From an uncultured Hormoscilla sp. (GTDB taxonomy: Bacteria; Cyanobacteriota; Cyanobacteriia; Cyanobacteriales; Desertifilaceae): a stretch of DNA of 64,000 nucleotides. Shown in pieces: positions 47,775 through 59,714 of the stretch. Within the stretch, counting starts at the first letter, position 1; each line of letters starts with the position of its first letter. The notes beneath the pieces were generated by a model, which was not told the DNA's origin, did not search any database, and worked only from the letters and a program-made list of their open reading frames with translations. Where the stretch lies: positions 2,336,001 to 2,400,000 of the forward strand of contig OZ001293.3 of assembly GCA_963921275.4 (NCBI GenBank), given 5' to 3'. A program made the translations under genes and the position numbers.

Positions 47775-49498
47775 CTACTCTAAAAAATTAAGGGCTAATG
47801 CTAGAGGAAAAACCTTACCACTTCCCGCACGACGCAGCAAGGCAGCAATTACCGTAAATGTCCAACGGGAATCGACAACATCGTCAACTAAGAACGCTGG
47901 TTCTTGCCTGACATTCGCAGCATCAACTGCAAAGACACCATCCAAATTACGAGTTTTTTGGTAATTGTTACTCATATTCTTCTGGGGTTTATTGTGCCGC
48001 ACCTTCTGCACTACCTTTAGCAAAGGTAAACCCAGCTTTTCAGCCAGTCTCATGGCAAAATCCGGCACTAATTCGGGACGATACAAGGAAGGCACGTAAG
48101 TGACCCAGGTTGGCATGGGTTGGGGTTGCCAGCGCTGAATCATCTCCACAGCACCCCGCACTAGTGCCTCATCAAAGCGATTGTCCCTGTATTTACCATG
48201 CTTCACTAATTCTCCCCAACCCGCATCACCCCAGAGAGATAATGCCCGTCCTGACTCGGCTTGGAAATTTTCGTTGATTTTACCAGAAAAATCATAAATC
48301 TGTAAAGCTTTTGACGGCGGCCATTGCTTGCGAGGTGCAATAACCTGTTCGTTCCGACGTAGATACTGAATAGCTCGAACGGCCATAAATTGGGAGTAGG
48401 TTTCCGGTAACAAAGGCTGTTGCTGGCATACCGCACATTTTCCGCAAGGAGTTGGATCCAGGTCATCTAAGGCTCTGGCTAGAAAAGCCATCAGACATTC
48501 TTGACTTTCCATGTACTCCCCCATCTGCTCTTGTTCTTGGTAGCGAATCCTTGTCAACTGCTCGATTTTATGACGATCTGGTTGATAAAAAACCGGCGTC
48601 GCATACCATTTTGTTCCTCGTTTAGTTACCGGGGATGGAGACTCCAGAGACAGAATTTTCAAAACTTTAGTGATTTGGCTCTTAGAAAGATTGATTCGCT
48701 GCTCCAGCTGCGGAACCGACAAGCCATAATTTGCTTCGTTCAGGGCATTTAATACCTGTTCCGTATGGGCTTCGGGAGGGAAAGCACTTTCGATAAAATA
48801 GTTAGTAATCTCTTCATCTTCATTGCCACACAGGAGAATGCCATAGGCTTTTGCGACTGCTCTTCCGGCCCGTCCCACCTGTTGATAATAATGGACAACT
48901 GAACCAGGACGTTGGTAATGAATTACAAATCCGAGATCGGGTTTATCAAAACCCATGCCTAAAGCCGTGGTGGCAACTAAGGCTTTGATGCGATCGCGCA
49001 GCAGTTGGTCTTCTAATACCTCCCGTTCTTCTCGCTGGCTGTGGTATGCCAGGGCATCAATGTCCTGAGTCCGCAACCAATCGGCAACTCGTTCGGCATC
49101 TCTAACCGTGAAGGTGTAAATAATGCCACTACCGGAGATATTGGGGAGATGTTCTGCTAACCAGGCCATGCGGGCGGCAGCACTGGGAAGATAGATATTT
49201 TGCAGTTGTAAGCTTTCTCGAATTAGAGGACCTCTGGATAGGCGCAGAGAGGACACTAGTTGCGCTTTGATATCATCAACTACGCGGTTGTTAGCTGTGG
49301 CGGTAGTTGCGAGGGCGGGAATATTCTGGGGCAGGGCCTGTAAAATGCGGACAATGCGTCGATAGTCGGGGCGAAAGTCATGTCCCCAGTCCGAGATACA
49401 ATGAGCTTCATCCACGACAAATAAGCCAATTTTTTTGGCAATAGGTAGGAGAATGCCGTCCCGAAATTCTTCATTTGCCAGTCGTTCGGGGGATATTA

Positions 49499-50510
49499 AC
49501 CTAAGTTGCGACCTATTAAAAAAAATATGAATTACCCACTTAGACTTTACAGATATTTGGGATATTTCGTAGCTTTTGATACAAAATTATATTTTTTTTG
49601 TGCTAGACGGCGGGTTGGCTGTTTATAGGTTATAATGTACTAAAATAATAGTTAATTGCTGGGGGATGTAGATGATGGAAGATATGATTACAACAATTTT
49701 TGTTCTTTGTGACGATCTACTAAAAGCGTTAAATATAAAAGAAGATCCACAAGTAAAAATGAACAATGCCGAAGTGATGACAGTCGGATTAGTTGCTGCA
49801 TATTTTTTCGGAGGACACCACGATCGCTCTTGTCAATTTATGGTCGAACACAAGTATATAAAAAATCTGTTAAGTAAAAGTAGGTTCAATCGTCGATTAC
49901 ACAATATTGAGGAACCAATTTGGATGTTTTTCTTCCAAGTTATAGCTCAAACATTTAAAGAGCTCAATCCGGGTCAAGAATATATTCTTGATAGTTTCCC
50001 GGTGCCAGTATGTGATAATATTAAAATTGATAGATGCCAAATTTATAACAAGAAAGAATATCGAGAGTATATTGCCAGTAAAAAACGTTATTTTTATGGA
50101 TTAAGAGTTCATATGTTGGTAAACAAAAATGGAAAGCCAATAGAATTTTATCTAGATCCTGGTAGTTATAATGATGTTAAAGTTTTGCAATCTTTTGGCT
50201 TTGACTTACCATCAAATTCAATAGTTTATGGAGATAAAGCTTATAATGATTATCAATTAGAGGATTTACTAAAAGAGTCGTCAAGTATAATGTTAAAATC
50301 TTTGCGAAAAAAGAACTCAAAAAGAAAAGAATATTCTTGTTTTGAATATATACAAAAAGTAACAAGAAAACAAGTTGAAACCTGTTTTAGTCGAATCACC
50401 AATTTGTTTCCCAAGTCAATTCATGCTGTTACATCTAAGGGATTAGAGTTGAAAATAATTCTCTTTATCATAGCTTTTTGTATCCAATTTTTATAGGTCG
50501 CAACTTGAGT
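49499..50510 (+). mobile_element. IS982-family insertion sequence
   Basis: TIRs ACCTAAGTTGCGACCTAT / ATAGGTCGCAACTTGAGT; TSD TATTA at 49494-49498 and 50511-50515; AT-rich. Confidence 0.92.
49672..50496 (+). CDS. IS982-family DDE transposase
   Basis: LSKSRFNRRL, ILDSFPVPVC, YFYGLRVH, YGDKAY, RKQVETCFS, IHAVT. Confidence 0.93.
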   Translation: MMEDMITTIFVLCDDLLKALNIKEDPQVKMNNAEVMTVGLVAAYFFGGHHDRSCQFMVEHKYIKNLLSKSRFNRRLHNIEEPIWMFFFQVIAQTFKELNPGQEYILDSFPVPVCDNIKIDRCQIYNKKEYREYIASKKRYFYGLRVHMLVNKNGKPIEFYLDPGSYNDVKVLQSFGFDLPSNSIVYGDKAYNDYQLEDLLKESSSIMLKSLRKKNSKRKEYSCFEYIQKVTRKQVETCFSRITNLFPKSIHAVTSKGLELKIILFIIAFCIQFL

Positions 50511-50966
50511 TATTAGTAAAATATCTACTTGTCCTGCTAGTAATTGAGTCTTGACCAGTTCCCATTCTTCTACATTGCTGGAGTTAATTGTCGCCGCTTC
50601 GATATCGATTCGTTTTGCGGCAGCAATTTGGTTTCGCATCAGGGCGAGTAGCGGTGAAATCAGAAGGGTGGGACCAGATCCGAGATCGCGCAGGATGCGA
50701 GTAGCCAAAAAGTAGACTAAGCTTTTCCCCCAACCCGTACGCTGGACGACCAAAAGTCGCGATCGATTCTCGATCAGATCCGCGATCGTTTCCCATTGCC
50801 CATCTCTAAAGTTAGCAGTTGGGTTATCCAGGGCTTGGCGGAGCAGTGATAGCCCTTGCTCTGCTGTTATCATCTCTACAATCTATTATACCATTTTTTC
50901 AAAACAATGCTACAATTATTTAACTCGATTATTCGAGTGCAGGAGATAAAAAACCGGATTTCCTGG

Positions 50967-51521
50967 CTACGATCGCGCCCGTGGGGGACGGGCGGCCCGA
51001 CAATCTCGCAACCAGTTACGAATGGCCTGGGCGATCGCCCCCTGACTATTTTCCCGAGGAGGGGAGGGAGGGCGTCCATCTCTAGCACCATCAATACTAG
51101 AAAACATCAAAGCCAAGCGCCATCCATCCTGAGTTTTCGTCAAAAACAGCCAATGAAAGTGCTGAATTTCCAACACCCGCTCGTTCCGACTATAAGTCCG
51201 TTCCAGAGTAGTAATAAAGACTTGACGAGGGTCTTCTGGAATCGGTTTACCAGGACTAAGAGGTAAAGGATCGAACTCAGCACGCCCTGCTAAAATCACA
51301 TTACTCGGTCGAAAAGAGTCACCTCCGTTACGATTGCGTTGCATGACGCGATTAGCATAACCGGGTAAATCTTCGATCAGTCGAGCCATCAGAGGTTCTA
51401 ATTCAACTGGACAACCCGATTGAGAATTTTCTGCCACAGCTCTAACATTGTTTGGGAAAAGCCCCTGGGCCACCCCCATCCCCAACAATAAACTTATCAT
51501 CCCAGCTAAACGCCACAGCAT
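50967..51521 (-). CDS. Hypothetical exported protein
   Basis: Signal-peptide-like N-terminus; DLPGYANRVMQR and WLRDCRA motifs. Confidence 0.7.
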   Translation of the reverse strand: MLWRLAGMISLLLGMGVAQGLFPNNVRAVAENSQSGCPVELEPLMARLIEDLPGYANRVMQRNRNGGDSFRPSNVILAGRAEFDPLPLSPGKPIPEDPRQVFITTLERTYSRNERVLEIQHFHWLFLTKTQDGWRLALMFSSIDGARDGRPPSPPRENSQGAIAQAIRNWLRDCRAARPPRARS

Positions 51522-51865
51522 ATATTAGACCATTTTGTAAAGGTTGGCTACAATTATTGTAAACATTATCCTATTATACCAATTTAATAAAGTTGTGATA
51601 GAGAAAAACGCCCCCCTCTGGTTACCAGGTAGAACCTGGTAACGGTATTCTGAGGCTCCAGCCTCCACCCATCCGTGCAGAGTCAAGTCTCTCAGAGCTT
51701 TAAAAAAATGGTATTAGTCTGTTAAAACTTTCGATTTTGCACCATTTTTAACTAGAGGCGGAGCCTCCATAACTCGTTCCCTGGCGGAGCCAAGGAACGA
51801 GGGGAAAAACAAGGGAAAACACTTTCTATATAATGATTTCAGTCGGTTTTAACCGACTTTAGCTT

Positions 51866-52630
51866 TTAGCCGGGGGTTTTAACCCCCGGCGGGCCGTGAG
51901 ACCAATTGACTGCTAATTCTTCATAAATACGCTGCCAAGCCGCAGCCTGATCGTCCGCCTGAGTAATCGGACGTCCAATCACCAGATAATTTGCCCCCGC
52001 TTTCACCGCCTCCGATGGAGTCATATAGCGCCTTTGATCGCCCCCCGAAGCCCATTTCGGGCGCACCCCCGGACAAACCAGCAAAAAATCATCTCCGCAA
52101 ATTTGTCGCAATTGCTGCGCCTCCTGGGGGGAGCAAACCACCCCATTTATGCCCGTCTCCCGTGCTAAAAGAGCCATCTTTAACACATACTCTGGCAACT
52201 CGATCGGCACCTGCAAATCAAAAGCTAAATCCCGGGAATTCAGACTCGTCAGCAAAGTAATTGCCAGTAGCTTGGGGGGCGGACAGCTAGCAGATTCAGC
52301 CCCCTCACCAGCAGCTGCAACCGCCGCTGAAAGGGCACGGCGTCCAGCTGTAGCATGAATTGTCAGCAAATCTACCGCATAACCTGCTGCTGCCCGACAG
52401 GCACCCGCGATCGTATTGGGGATATCATGAAACTTCAGATCCAGAAATATCCGCTTTTGCCGATCTTTGAGAATTTGGAGAATCTGGGGACCGCAGCTAA
52501 CAAATAACTCTAGCCCCACCTTCCAAAAGCCCACTTCCGGCAAAGAGTCGATCAGGGCGATCGCCTCCCCCTGACTAGCAACATCCAAAGGAACGATAAT
52601 TTCACTCTTCACTATCTGGTTACTCTGCAC
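51866..52630 (-). CDS. pyrF: Orotidine-5'-phosphate decarboxylase
   Basis: [27 protein letters not shown]; the last codons run into a REP-like repeat. Confidence 0.96.
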   Translation of the reverse strand: MQSNQIVKSEIIVPLDVASQGEAIALIDSLPEVGFWKVGLELFVSCGPQILQILKDRQKRIFLDLKFHDIPNTIAGACRAAAGYAVDLLTIHATAGRRALSAAVAAAGEGAESASCPPPKLLAITLLTSLNSRDLAFDLQVPIELPEYVLKMALLARETGINGVVCSPQEAQQLRQICGDDFLLVCPGVRPKWASGGDQRRYMTPSEAVKAGANYLVIGRPITQADDQAAAWQRIYEELAVNWSHGPPGVKTPG

Positions 52631-53861
52631 TGTTTACTAGGCGGACAAATTTCTTTTTCCCCACCTGCAAAACCCGCCCCGAAAGTTCAGCTGCATCAGC
52701 AAAAGTCAAGTTCGTGTCAGAAATGCGATCGCCATCCAGGCGCACCGCCCCCCCTTCAATCTGCCTGCGGGCCTCATTACCACTTTTACATAAACCAGCT
52801 GCACTAAGGATATAAAACAGCTTAGCAGGAAACTGCACATCTTTTATGGAAAATTCTGGCACCGCCTCCGCTTGTTTAGCATCTCCGGTGACCAAAGTCA
52901 GGGCCGCCTTTTGAGCTTCTAGAGCCGATTCCTGGCCGTGATATTGGGTGACAAGATCGACAGCCAGCAATTTTTGCCGTTCCCTAGGATTTTCAGGCAA
53001 AGCATCCAGCGGCAAATTTGTCAACAGTTCAAAATAGGAAGCCACCAAATCATCGGGAATCTTCTCCAGCTTAGAGTACATCGTCAGGGCATCTTCAGAC
53101 AACCCCACATAATTGTCCAAAGACTTAGACATCTTCTGAGTCCAATCCGTCCCCAGCAAAATTGGCACCAGCAAGCCAAACTGCGGTCTTTTACCAAAAT
53201 AGCGTAGTAAATCCCGCCCCACCGCAATATTAAACTTCTGGTCAGTCCCTCCCAACTCCACATCAGCCGCGATCGCCACAGAATCATAACCCTGCATCAA
53301 AGGATAAAGGAACTCATGCAGGTAAATAGGGGTCTCCTGCTGAAAACGTTCGGCGAACCCCTCCTTGGCCAGCATCTGTCCCACCGTCATCCGGGCTAAC
53401 AACTGGAGGATTTCTCCCAAATCCAACTTAGAGAGCCACTCCGAGTTATAGCGCACTTCCAGCCGCCCGGGCGTGTCAAAGTCTATAATAGGACGTATCT
53501 GGTCCAGATACGTCTGAGCATTCTCGGCCACCTCCTCTGGTGTCAGCTGACGCCGGACCTCAGATTTTCCCGTTGGATCGCCAATTTGGGCCGTAAAATC
53601 ACCAATAATCAGCACCGCCGTATGACCAGCATCCTGAAATGCCCGCAGCTTCCGAACTGCGATACTATGACCCAAGTGCAGATCCGCACCGGTCGGGTCA
53701 ATCCCCAACTTGACCCGCAAAGGGCGATCGGTCTGAATTAACCGCTGTTCTAGATTTTCATTAATGTCGTCTGAAGTTGATCGGTCCGGAAAAATCTCAG
53801 TGACGCCCCGGCGCAACCAGGCCAAAGTTCGATCCATAGCTATTGATTGTAAGACAGTCAT
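52620..53861 (-). CDS. tyrS: Tyrosyl-tRNA synthetase
   Basis: [27 protein letters not shown]-terminal S4 domain. Confidence 0.97.
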   Translation of the reverse strand: MTVLQSIAMDRTLAWLRRGVTEIFPDRSTSDDINENLEQRLIQTDRPLRVKLGIDPTGADLHLGHSIAVRKLRAFQDAGHTAVLIIGDFTAQIGDPTGKSEVRRQLTPEEVAENAQTYLDQIRPIIDFDTPGRLEVRYNSEWLSKLDLGEILQLLARMTVGQMLAKEGFAERFQQETPIYLHEFLYPLMQGYDSVAIAADVELGGTDQKFNIAVGRDLLRYFGKRPQFGLLVPILLGTDWTQKMSKSLDNYVGLSEDALTMYSKLEKIPDDLVASYFELLTNLPLDALPENPRERQKLLAVDLVTQYHGQESALEAQKAALTLVTGDAKQAEAVPEFSIKDVQFPAKLFYILSAAGLCKSGNEARRQIEGGAVRLDGDRISDTNLTFADAAELSGRVLQVGKKKFVRLVNSAE

Positions 53862-53984
53862 CGTTCCAGCAGAGGGCTACATAACGTTTACACCTGTTAA
53901 CATATATGACAAGCAACCACTAGATTATATGGCACCAGACTTCATAGGCGATCGCCGCTAAGATCGAATTGCACTGACCTCAGC

Positions 53985-54268
53985 TGTCATTGCGAGGGGG
54001 GGATCCCTTACCGAGATTTTGGCAACACTACCGGGAGACCCCCCCGAAGTAATCACCCAGCTCATCGGGTGGGTAGGAGATTGCTAGGGCTTCGGAGCTT
54101 GTTGCGAGGCACGGCCTTCGTAGCGGCGCGACGCCGGAGCGCTCTTCATCTGCTGCTGCGCTTTTACGTATACGAAGTGCTGCGCAGCAGCTAGTGCGCG
54201 TAGCGCTACGGGGGGCGGTCAACTCATATACAACACAAGTTAACTCCTCTGGGCCCCGAGCAATGACA
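53985..54268. repeat. TGTCATTGCGAG...GCAATGACA hairpin repeat with nested short GC-rich palindromes
   Basis: Same family as 25323-25475 and ~61438-61456. Confidence 0.65.
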
Positions 54269-54367
54269 AATCAGAGTATTATTTGACTTAAGTCAGTGCC
54301 ATTCCTGCTAGGGTCTGGATTGAGGAAAAACAAATTGAGTATATAACCAGAAACTTTCAGTAAGGAA

Positions 54368-56308
54368 GTGAAATCAACCGTGTCCTCTAATACTATCGAC
54401 CACAGACAAATAGAAATCCCACCGTCCATAGGGCATTTTGCGCAGGGAGTAGTGAAAGTAGCCGGAGGCACCATCCTTGGCCTGACCATGCTGACAAGTT
54501 CTGTGGTTGCCGGAGGACTGGTCGGCTTAGCGGTGAGCTTTCGGAACCTGCCAGATGTCAGGCGGCTGCGCAACTACGTACCCACAGAAACCAGCTATAT
54601 CTACGATATCAAGGGCAGAGTGCTCATCCGAGTCCATGATGAAGCCAACCGGGAAGTAGTCTCCCTGAATGAAATCTCTCCCGACCTCAAGCGAGCAGTT
54701 CTAGCAATTGAAGATTCCCGCTTCTACGATCACCCGGGGATAAATGCTAACAGTGTGGCCCGTGCCTTCATCGCCAACTGGCAAGAGGGAGAGGTAGTTG
54801 AAGGCGGATCCACGATCACCATGCAGTTGGTGAAAAATCTATTTCTATCTCCAGACCGTAACTTCACTCGCAAGATAGCTGAAGCTGTACTCGCCCTGCG
54901 ACTAGAACAAATTCTCACCAAACAGCAAATTCTCGAGCTGTACCTGAATCAGGTTTACTGGGGTCACAACACCTATGGGGTACAGACTGCGGCTCAGAGT
55001 TATTTTAACAAGGATGCTGCTGATTTAACTTTGGCCGAGGCAGCCCTGATGGCAGGTATCATTCAGGCTCCCGAGGACTTCAGCCCCTTCATTGATTACC
55101 CACTGGCTAAAGAGCGACAGGCTCTGGTTTTAACCCGGATGAGACAATTGGACTGGATCACCGCCGATGAAGAAGCAGAGGCCAGAGATCAACCCTTGCT
55201 CGTGGGCCGACCAACATCCTTTGGCAAAAGTGAGATTCCTTACCTGACAGATGCAGTGGTTAAGGAGCTATCGGACCGCTTTGGTGAAGACGCTGTGCTC
55301 AACGGCGGCATGCGGGTTCAAACCACGATCGACATCAATTTCCAACGGATGGCTGAGAAAGTGGTCAGGAAATGGCATACCCAGCTTTATTACCAAGGAG
55401 TGTTTTACAACTACGATCAAGGTCAAATCGCTTTAGTTGCTGTCGATCCTCGCACTCACTTTGTCAAGGCCATGGTCGGTGGCCTGGATTTTATTGAGAG
55501 TAACTATAACCGTGCTATCATGGCGCAACGTCAGCCAGGCTCTGCTTTCAAGCCTTTTGTCTACTATACGGCTTTTGCTAGTGGCAGATATACCCCTAAC
55601 TCTATTATCTATGACACGAAGCAGACCTATTGGGATGGCAAGGAGTATTACACGCCCAAAAACTACAGCGGTCAATACTCTGGCCCGGTCACCGTTCGCA
55701 AAGCTCTAGAACTGTCCCTCAATGTTCCCGCTGTCAAGATCGGTCAAGCTATAGGAATGAATAAGGTGATTGAGGTCGTTCGGACTTTGGGGATTAAAAG
55801 TCCGATTGCACCGGTAATTTCTTTGCCTCTGGGTGCGGTCGATCTGATACCTTTAGAGATGGCCAGTGCTTTTGCGACTTTTGCCAACAATGGCTGGCAT
55901 TCCGATCCCACTTTTATAGTCCAGGTAACTGACAGTAATGGCGATGTCCTGCTAGATAACACGCCTGAACCGCAACGAGTGCTCGACCCTTGGGCAGTGG
56001 CTACTCTCAATGACGTGTTGCAGGGTGTGATTAATAACGGAACCGGGAAGGCAGCTAAAATGGAGGGGCGTCCTGCTGCTGGCAAGACTGGTACTACCTC
56101 TTCCGAGCGAGATATTTGGTTTGTCGGCTATGTACCCCAGCTCTCAGTTGCTGTTTGGGTGGGTAATGATGACTACAAACCTCTGAGAGATAAAGCTACT
56201 GGTGGCAAGTATGTCGCACCGATCTGGCGCGATTTTATGCGGCAAGCCCTGGCTAATGAACCAGTGCATAATTTTCGCAAAGCTCGGGAATTTTCCCGCC
56301 CGCGCTAG
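54368..56308 (+). CDS. Class A penicillin-binding protein (PBP1A family)
   Basis: EDSRFYDHPG, GGSTITMQL, RQPGSAFK, SLN, KTGT. Confidence 0.96.
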   Translation: MKSTVSSNTIDHRQIEIPPSIGHFAQGVVKVAGGTILGLTMLTSSVVAGGLVGLAVSFRNLPDVRRLRNYVPTETSYIYDIKGRVLIRVHDEANREVVSLNEISPDLKRAVLAIEDSRFYDHPGINANSVARAFIANWQEGEVVEGGSTITMQLVKNLFLSPDRNFTRKIAEAVLALRLEQILTKQQILELYLNQVYWGHNTYGVQTAAQSYFNKDAADLTLAEAALMAGIIQAPEDFSPFIDYPLAKERQALVLTRMRQLDWITADEEAEARDQPLLVGRPTSFGKSEIPYLTDAVVKELSDRFGEDAVLNGGMRVQTTIDINFQRMAEKVVRKWHTQLYYQGVFYNYDQGQIALVAVDPRTHFVKAMVGGLDFIESNYNRAIMAQRQPGSAFKPFVYYTAFASGRYTPNSIIYDTKQTYWDGKEYYTPKNYSGQYSGPVTVRKALELSLNVPAVKIGQAIGMNKVIEVVRTLGIKSPIAPVISLPLGAVDLIPLEMASAFATFANNGWHSDPTFIVQVTDSNGDVLLDNTPEPQRVLDPWAVATLNDVLQGVINNGTGKAAKMEGRPAAGKTGTTSSERDIWFVGYVPQLSVAVWVGNDDYKPLRDKATGGKYVAPIWRDFMRQALANEPVHNFRKAREFSRPR

Positions 56309-56336
56309 CATGGTTGTAGCGGGATCGCAACTGGCT

Positions 56337-56660
56337 TTAAGATGGCTTTTCAATCTCAGACTTCATCCGTTCCAGGGTGAGGTTCATCTGGTCAAACATT
56401 TGCTGAGGCGTAATGCCAAATTGACCCAGCTGGGTTTTCAACTGCTCGATCGTCATCTGCGCCATGAAGTCTTCGGAAAGCTCAAAGCGCTTCATAAAGA
56501 TGCGGTAGCGCTCCATCAAGGCTTCCATTTGCTGGATGAATAATTTTTTTCCTTCGCGGTCAAATTTGCCGTAGTCACTTCCGAGTTGGACGAGAGATTG
56601 ATAATCGGAAAACAACTTCTTGGCTTCTTCCTGGACTATATCAGAATTAAAAAATCCCAT
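56337..56660 (-). CDS. DUF1825 family protein
   Basis: MGFFNSDIVQEEAKKLF...YGKFDREGKK...MKRFELSEDF. Confidence 0.88.
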   Translation of the reverse strand: MGFFNSDIVQEEAKKLFSDYQSLVQLGSDYGKFDREGKKLFIQQMEALMERYRIFMKRFELSEDFMAQMTIEQLKTQLGQFGITPQQMFDQMNLTLERMKSEIEKPS

Positions 56661-57028
56661 TGTTCTTGAGGTTGATTTGCTTGAAAGTAGTGCGCCGTGC
56701 TGTGCATCTACTCATATTTTAGTGCAGCCTTTAGTTTCGGGAAAATGCGGTTTTCCGTATCACCCACCTAGTCCGGGCGGATCGCCTGTCAACAGGATGC
56801 CCTCCATTTCTACAGATAAAGGGTTAATAAGCAATTCAAAATTCTCTCATTCAAAATTAAAAATGGGGAACCCATTCAGGACAAGGCTTTCATAAGATCG
56901 GCCTATGCAATTTAAATGCACGACAGCTTAAGCGTAACGCACCGCCAATATCGGTGCGTTACAGGGGTGTCTGACGATCGCCCTCTCTCATTTGTCAGTA
57001 TAAATACATAAGGCACCCAACATAGGCA

Positions 57029-57601
57029 TTAGATTAGACCAATGCGGTTAGGCGGCCAAAAGCGAAAGCAGGCGCGACCGATGATATTCTCTCTGGGTAA
57101 AAAACCCCAAATATGGGAGTCATTGCTGTTATTTCGGTTGTCTCCCATCATAAATAATTTATCCTTCGGAACCTGGGCAGGGCCCCAGGAATATTCTGGC
57201 AACTCGGCAATGTAGTCTTCCTTCTGGGGTTGATTATCCAGATAGACTTTACCATTTTTTATTTCCACAGTTTGGCTCGGTTCTCCAATAATCCGTTTGA
57301 TGAAGGCTTGATCTGTAGTGTATCCCAGTTTTTGCAGCAGTTTGGGCGGTTCAAAGACTACTATCTCACCCCTCGCCGGCGGACGAAAATGGTAGGATAC
57401 TTTTTCCACTACTAGCCTGTCGCCCACTCTCAAAGTTGGCACCATTGAATCCGAGGGGATGTAGCGAGGTTCCGCCACAACTGTCCGCAGCAACAGCGCT
57501 ATAATCAGGGCAATTACCACGATCCCGAGATTTTCCCGTTGCCCACGCCATACCCGCTGCCACAATGCTGTATCTTCTATTTGCTTTTCTGGTAATGTCA
57601 T
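57029..57601 (-). CDS. lepB: Signal peptidase I
   Basis: IPSDSMVPTL, FIKRIIG, MGDNRNNSNDS. Confidence 0.95.
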   Translation of the reverse strand: MTLPEKQIEDTALWQRVWRGQRENLGIVVIALIIALLLRTVVAEPRYIPSDSMVPTLRVGDRLVVEKVSYHFRPPARGEIVVFEPPKLLQKLGYTTDQAFIKRIIGEPSQTVEIKNGKVYLDNQPQKEDYIAELPEYSWGPAQVPKDKLFMMGDNRNNSNDSHIWGFLPRENIIGRACFRFWPPNRIGLI

Positions 57602-57725
57602 AAAACGAACAAGACGACTTATAAGGATAAATTATAAAGTATAAACTATTAATTGCAAATTATCAATTGCAAATTGTCAATTTGCCTCCTTTATACTTCA
57701 TCCTTTAGCAATCCTATAAGCTGTT

Positions 57726-58058
57726 GTGCATTTAGGGACTTGCGCAAAAATAGATTACCAGCCACTGGCCCCCACGGGAGCGCCCCATTTTGAATTTATT
57801 ATTATCGTCAACACAAAAAAAACCTGGTACATTCTCAAGGGCTCCGATGGTCACTGCGACATTGTCCCGATGCTCCCAGACTCCACTGATCGCTCATCCG
57901 ACAAACAGGAGTATATCGCCTCTTGGGAGCCAAATGCTTCCCCACAAGAAGCGATCGGCAAGCGAGTCGGACTTATTCGATCTGGTATCGTGAACCTATC
58001 TGATTACATCTGCCTTTGGGAAAACGGCGTTGCCTATTTTCGGGATGATGCCTTGTAA
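57726..58058 (+). CDS. Hypothetical protein (start uncertain)
   Basis: WYILKGSDGHCDI...EAIGKRVGLIRSG resembles a small cyanobacterial protein family. Confidence 0.4.
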   Translation: MHLGTCAKIDYQPLAPTGAPHFEFIIIVNTKKTWYILKGSDGHCDIVPMLPDSTDRSSDKQEYIASWEPNASPQEAIGKRVGLIRSGIVNLSDYICLWENGVAYFRDDAL

Positions 58059-58089
58059 TTTTTGCAGCGCAGCCTGTTGCGTTCCCAGG

Positions 58090-58125
58090 CAACTGACAAC
58101 TGACAACTGACAACTGACAACTGAC
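58090..58125. repeat. Heptamer tandem repeat (CAACTGA)x5, STRR-type; also ~35537-35557
   Basis: Read directly. Confidence 0.85.
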
Positions 58126-58153
58126 GTCATCCCCTAATTGTGCAACGGAAAAC

Positions 58154-59452
58154 TTAAAAACCAATTGATTGAGCGCGATTTTCTCGCCCTTTGGCAATTT
58201 CCTGATTTAAAACTTCCAATGCTATAGCATATTGGGTGTCTGCCTTGGTGCCAATTTTAGTCATATCTAGTCTCAATTGTTGCTTCTGCTCGTCTGTCAG
58301 GGCAATCTCCACATCCGGCGCTATGCCCAACTTATTGATATCCCGGCCACTGGGGGTGAGATACTTCGCGATCGTCACTGCCAGACCGGAACCATCTCCC
58401 AAATGCCGCACTGATTGCACCAAACCTTTGCCGAAAGTTTGGGTTCCAACGATCAGGGCACGTTGATTGTCCTGCAATGCTCCTGAGAGGATCTCACTCG
58501 CACTCGCTGAACCGCCATCCACTAGCACCACCAGAGGTTTATCCGTCAGAGCGCGTCTCTTCGCCCACTGCGCATCACCTTCTCCCTTGCGGTTAACCGT
58601 TGAGACTATTCTACCATTTTCCAGCCACATCCGGGCAATTTCCACCGATGCGTAAAGTAAGCCACCGGGGTTTGAACGCATATCCAAGATATAGCCAGAT
58701 ACATTCTGTGCTTCTAAATCTGCGATCGCATCTCGCATTTCCCTCGCCGCTGGGTTGCTAAACTGCTTCAAGCGAATGTAACCGATTCCCTCACCATTTG
58801 GCTCCTGCTGATAACTGTAGTTTACTGGATGAATCTCAATTCGTTCCCGCTCGATCAGAAAATCTATTTCCTCCTCTCCTCGGAGGATAGTCAGGGTCAC
58901 GGATGATCCCACTGGCCCCCGGATTAACTTCACCGCATCATTGACATTCATGCCCTTAGTACTCTTGCCATCAATTTTGATGATGAAGTCCTTGGCAATA
59001 ATACCCGCCTTAAAAGCTGGCGTGTCTTCGATCGGAGATACCACCACCAGCTTTTTAGTTTCTTCATCTTGTGACAGATGAATCCCCACACCCGTCAGTT
59101 CCCCGGAAGTATCAATTTGCATATTCTTGAACTCTTCGGGATCCATAAACCTGGTATAAGGGTCATTCAGCTGCTTTAGCATTTCCCGGATCGCCTTATA
59201 TGCTTCTTCCGGGGTCGTGTAATTGCGATCCAGGTACTCGGTCCGCACCGAGAGCCAATCGACCTGATTAAATGTGCCATCGACATAGTTACGGTAAATT
59301 ATCTGCCACACTTCATCTACGAGTTCTTTCGGGCTGTCCTGAAAGAATGCTTGACCGCGCAGATGAATATCTGCACTGGCAACGGCTACTGCTGTTAGCA
59401 TCACTGCCGTTGCACCTACAACGAATCCTCGTCCTCGTGTTGTCTTTGTCAT
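58154..59452 (-). CDS. C-terminal processing protease (S41 family, CtpB/CtpC type)
   Basis: DPYTRF, PDZ domain, DMRSNPGGLL, SASASEI, TFGKGLVQ. Confidence 0.95.
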   Translation of the reverse strand: MTKTTRGRGFVVGATAVMLTAVAVASADIHLRGQAFFQDSPKELVDEVWQIIYRNYVDGTFNQVDWLSVRTEYLDRNYTTPEEAYKAIREMLKQLNDPYTRFMDPEEFKNMQIDTSGELTGVGIHLSQDEETKKLVVVSPIEDTPAFKAGIIAKDFIIKIDGKSTKGMNVNDAVKLIRGPVGSSVTLTILRGEEEIDFLIERERIEIHPVNYSYQQEPNGEGIGYIRLKQFSNPAAREMRDAIADLEAQNVSGYILDMRSNPGGLLYASVEIARMWLENGRIVSTVNRKGEGDAQWAKRRALTDKPLVVLVDGGSASASEILSGALQDNQRALIVGTQTFGKGLVQSVRHLGDGSGLAVTIAKYLTPSGRDINKLGIAPDVEIALTDEQKQQLRLDMTKIGTKADTQYAIALEVLNQEIAKGRENRAQSIGF

Positions 59453-59714
59453 AAGTTTAAAAGAACCTGATATACTTTAGGGGGATTTAATTCCAATTTA
59501 ACACAGGCGATTTTTGCTCTCCTTAATTGGGCTGGCGGTCGTCGCTGCTGCTTTCGGGTTCGGTGAATAATTTTTCCCTACTACAAGTATTCCTTTTCGG
59601 CAATTGAGAGGTCATTTGTCTAGCACGAGTTTGAGATTTTTTCCGAACCGCCAATTGCCGATAGGAGTCCCTCGCCTGTCATGTCTGGGAGTGGATGTCT
59701 AAGTCCGATCTTTT

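Larger units (their letters stand above)
47775..50873 (-). pseudogene. recQ: RecQ-family helicase with C-terminal PRTase-like domain, interrupted by IS982
   Basis: VQRTGWGKS...; removing the IS and one TATTA restores VDILLISPERLANEEF...DEAHCISDWGHDFRPDY. Confidence 0.92.
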
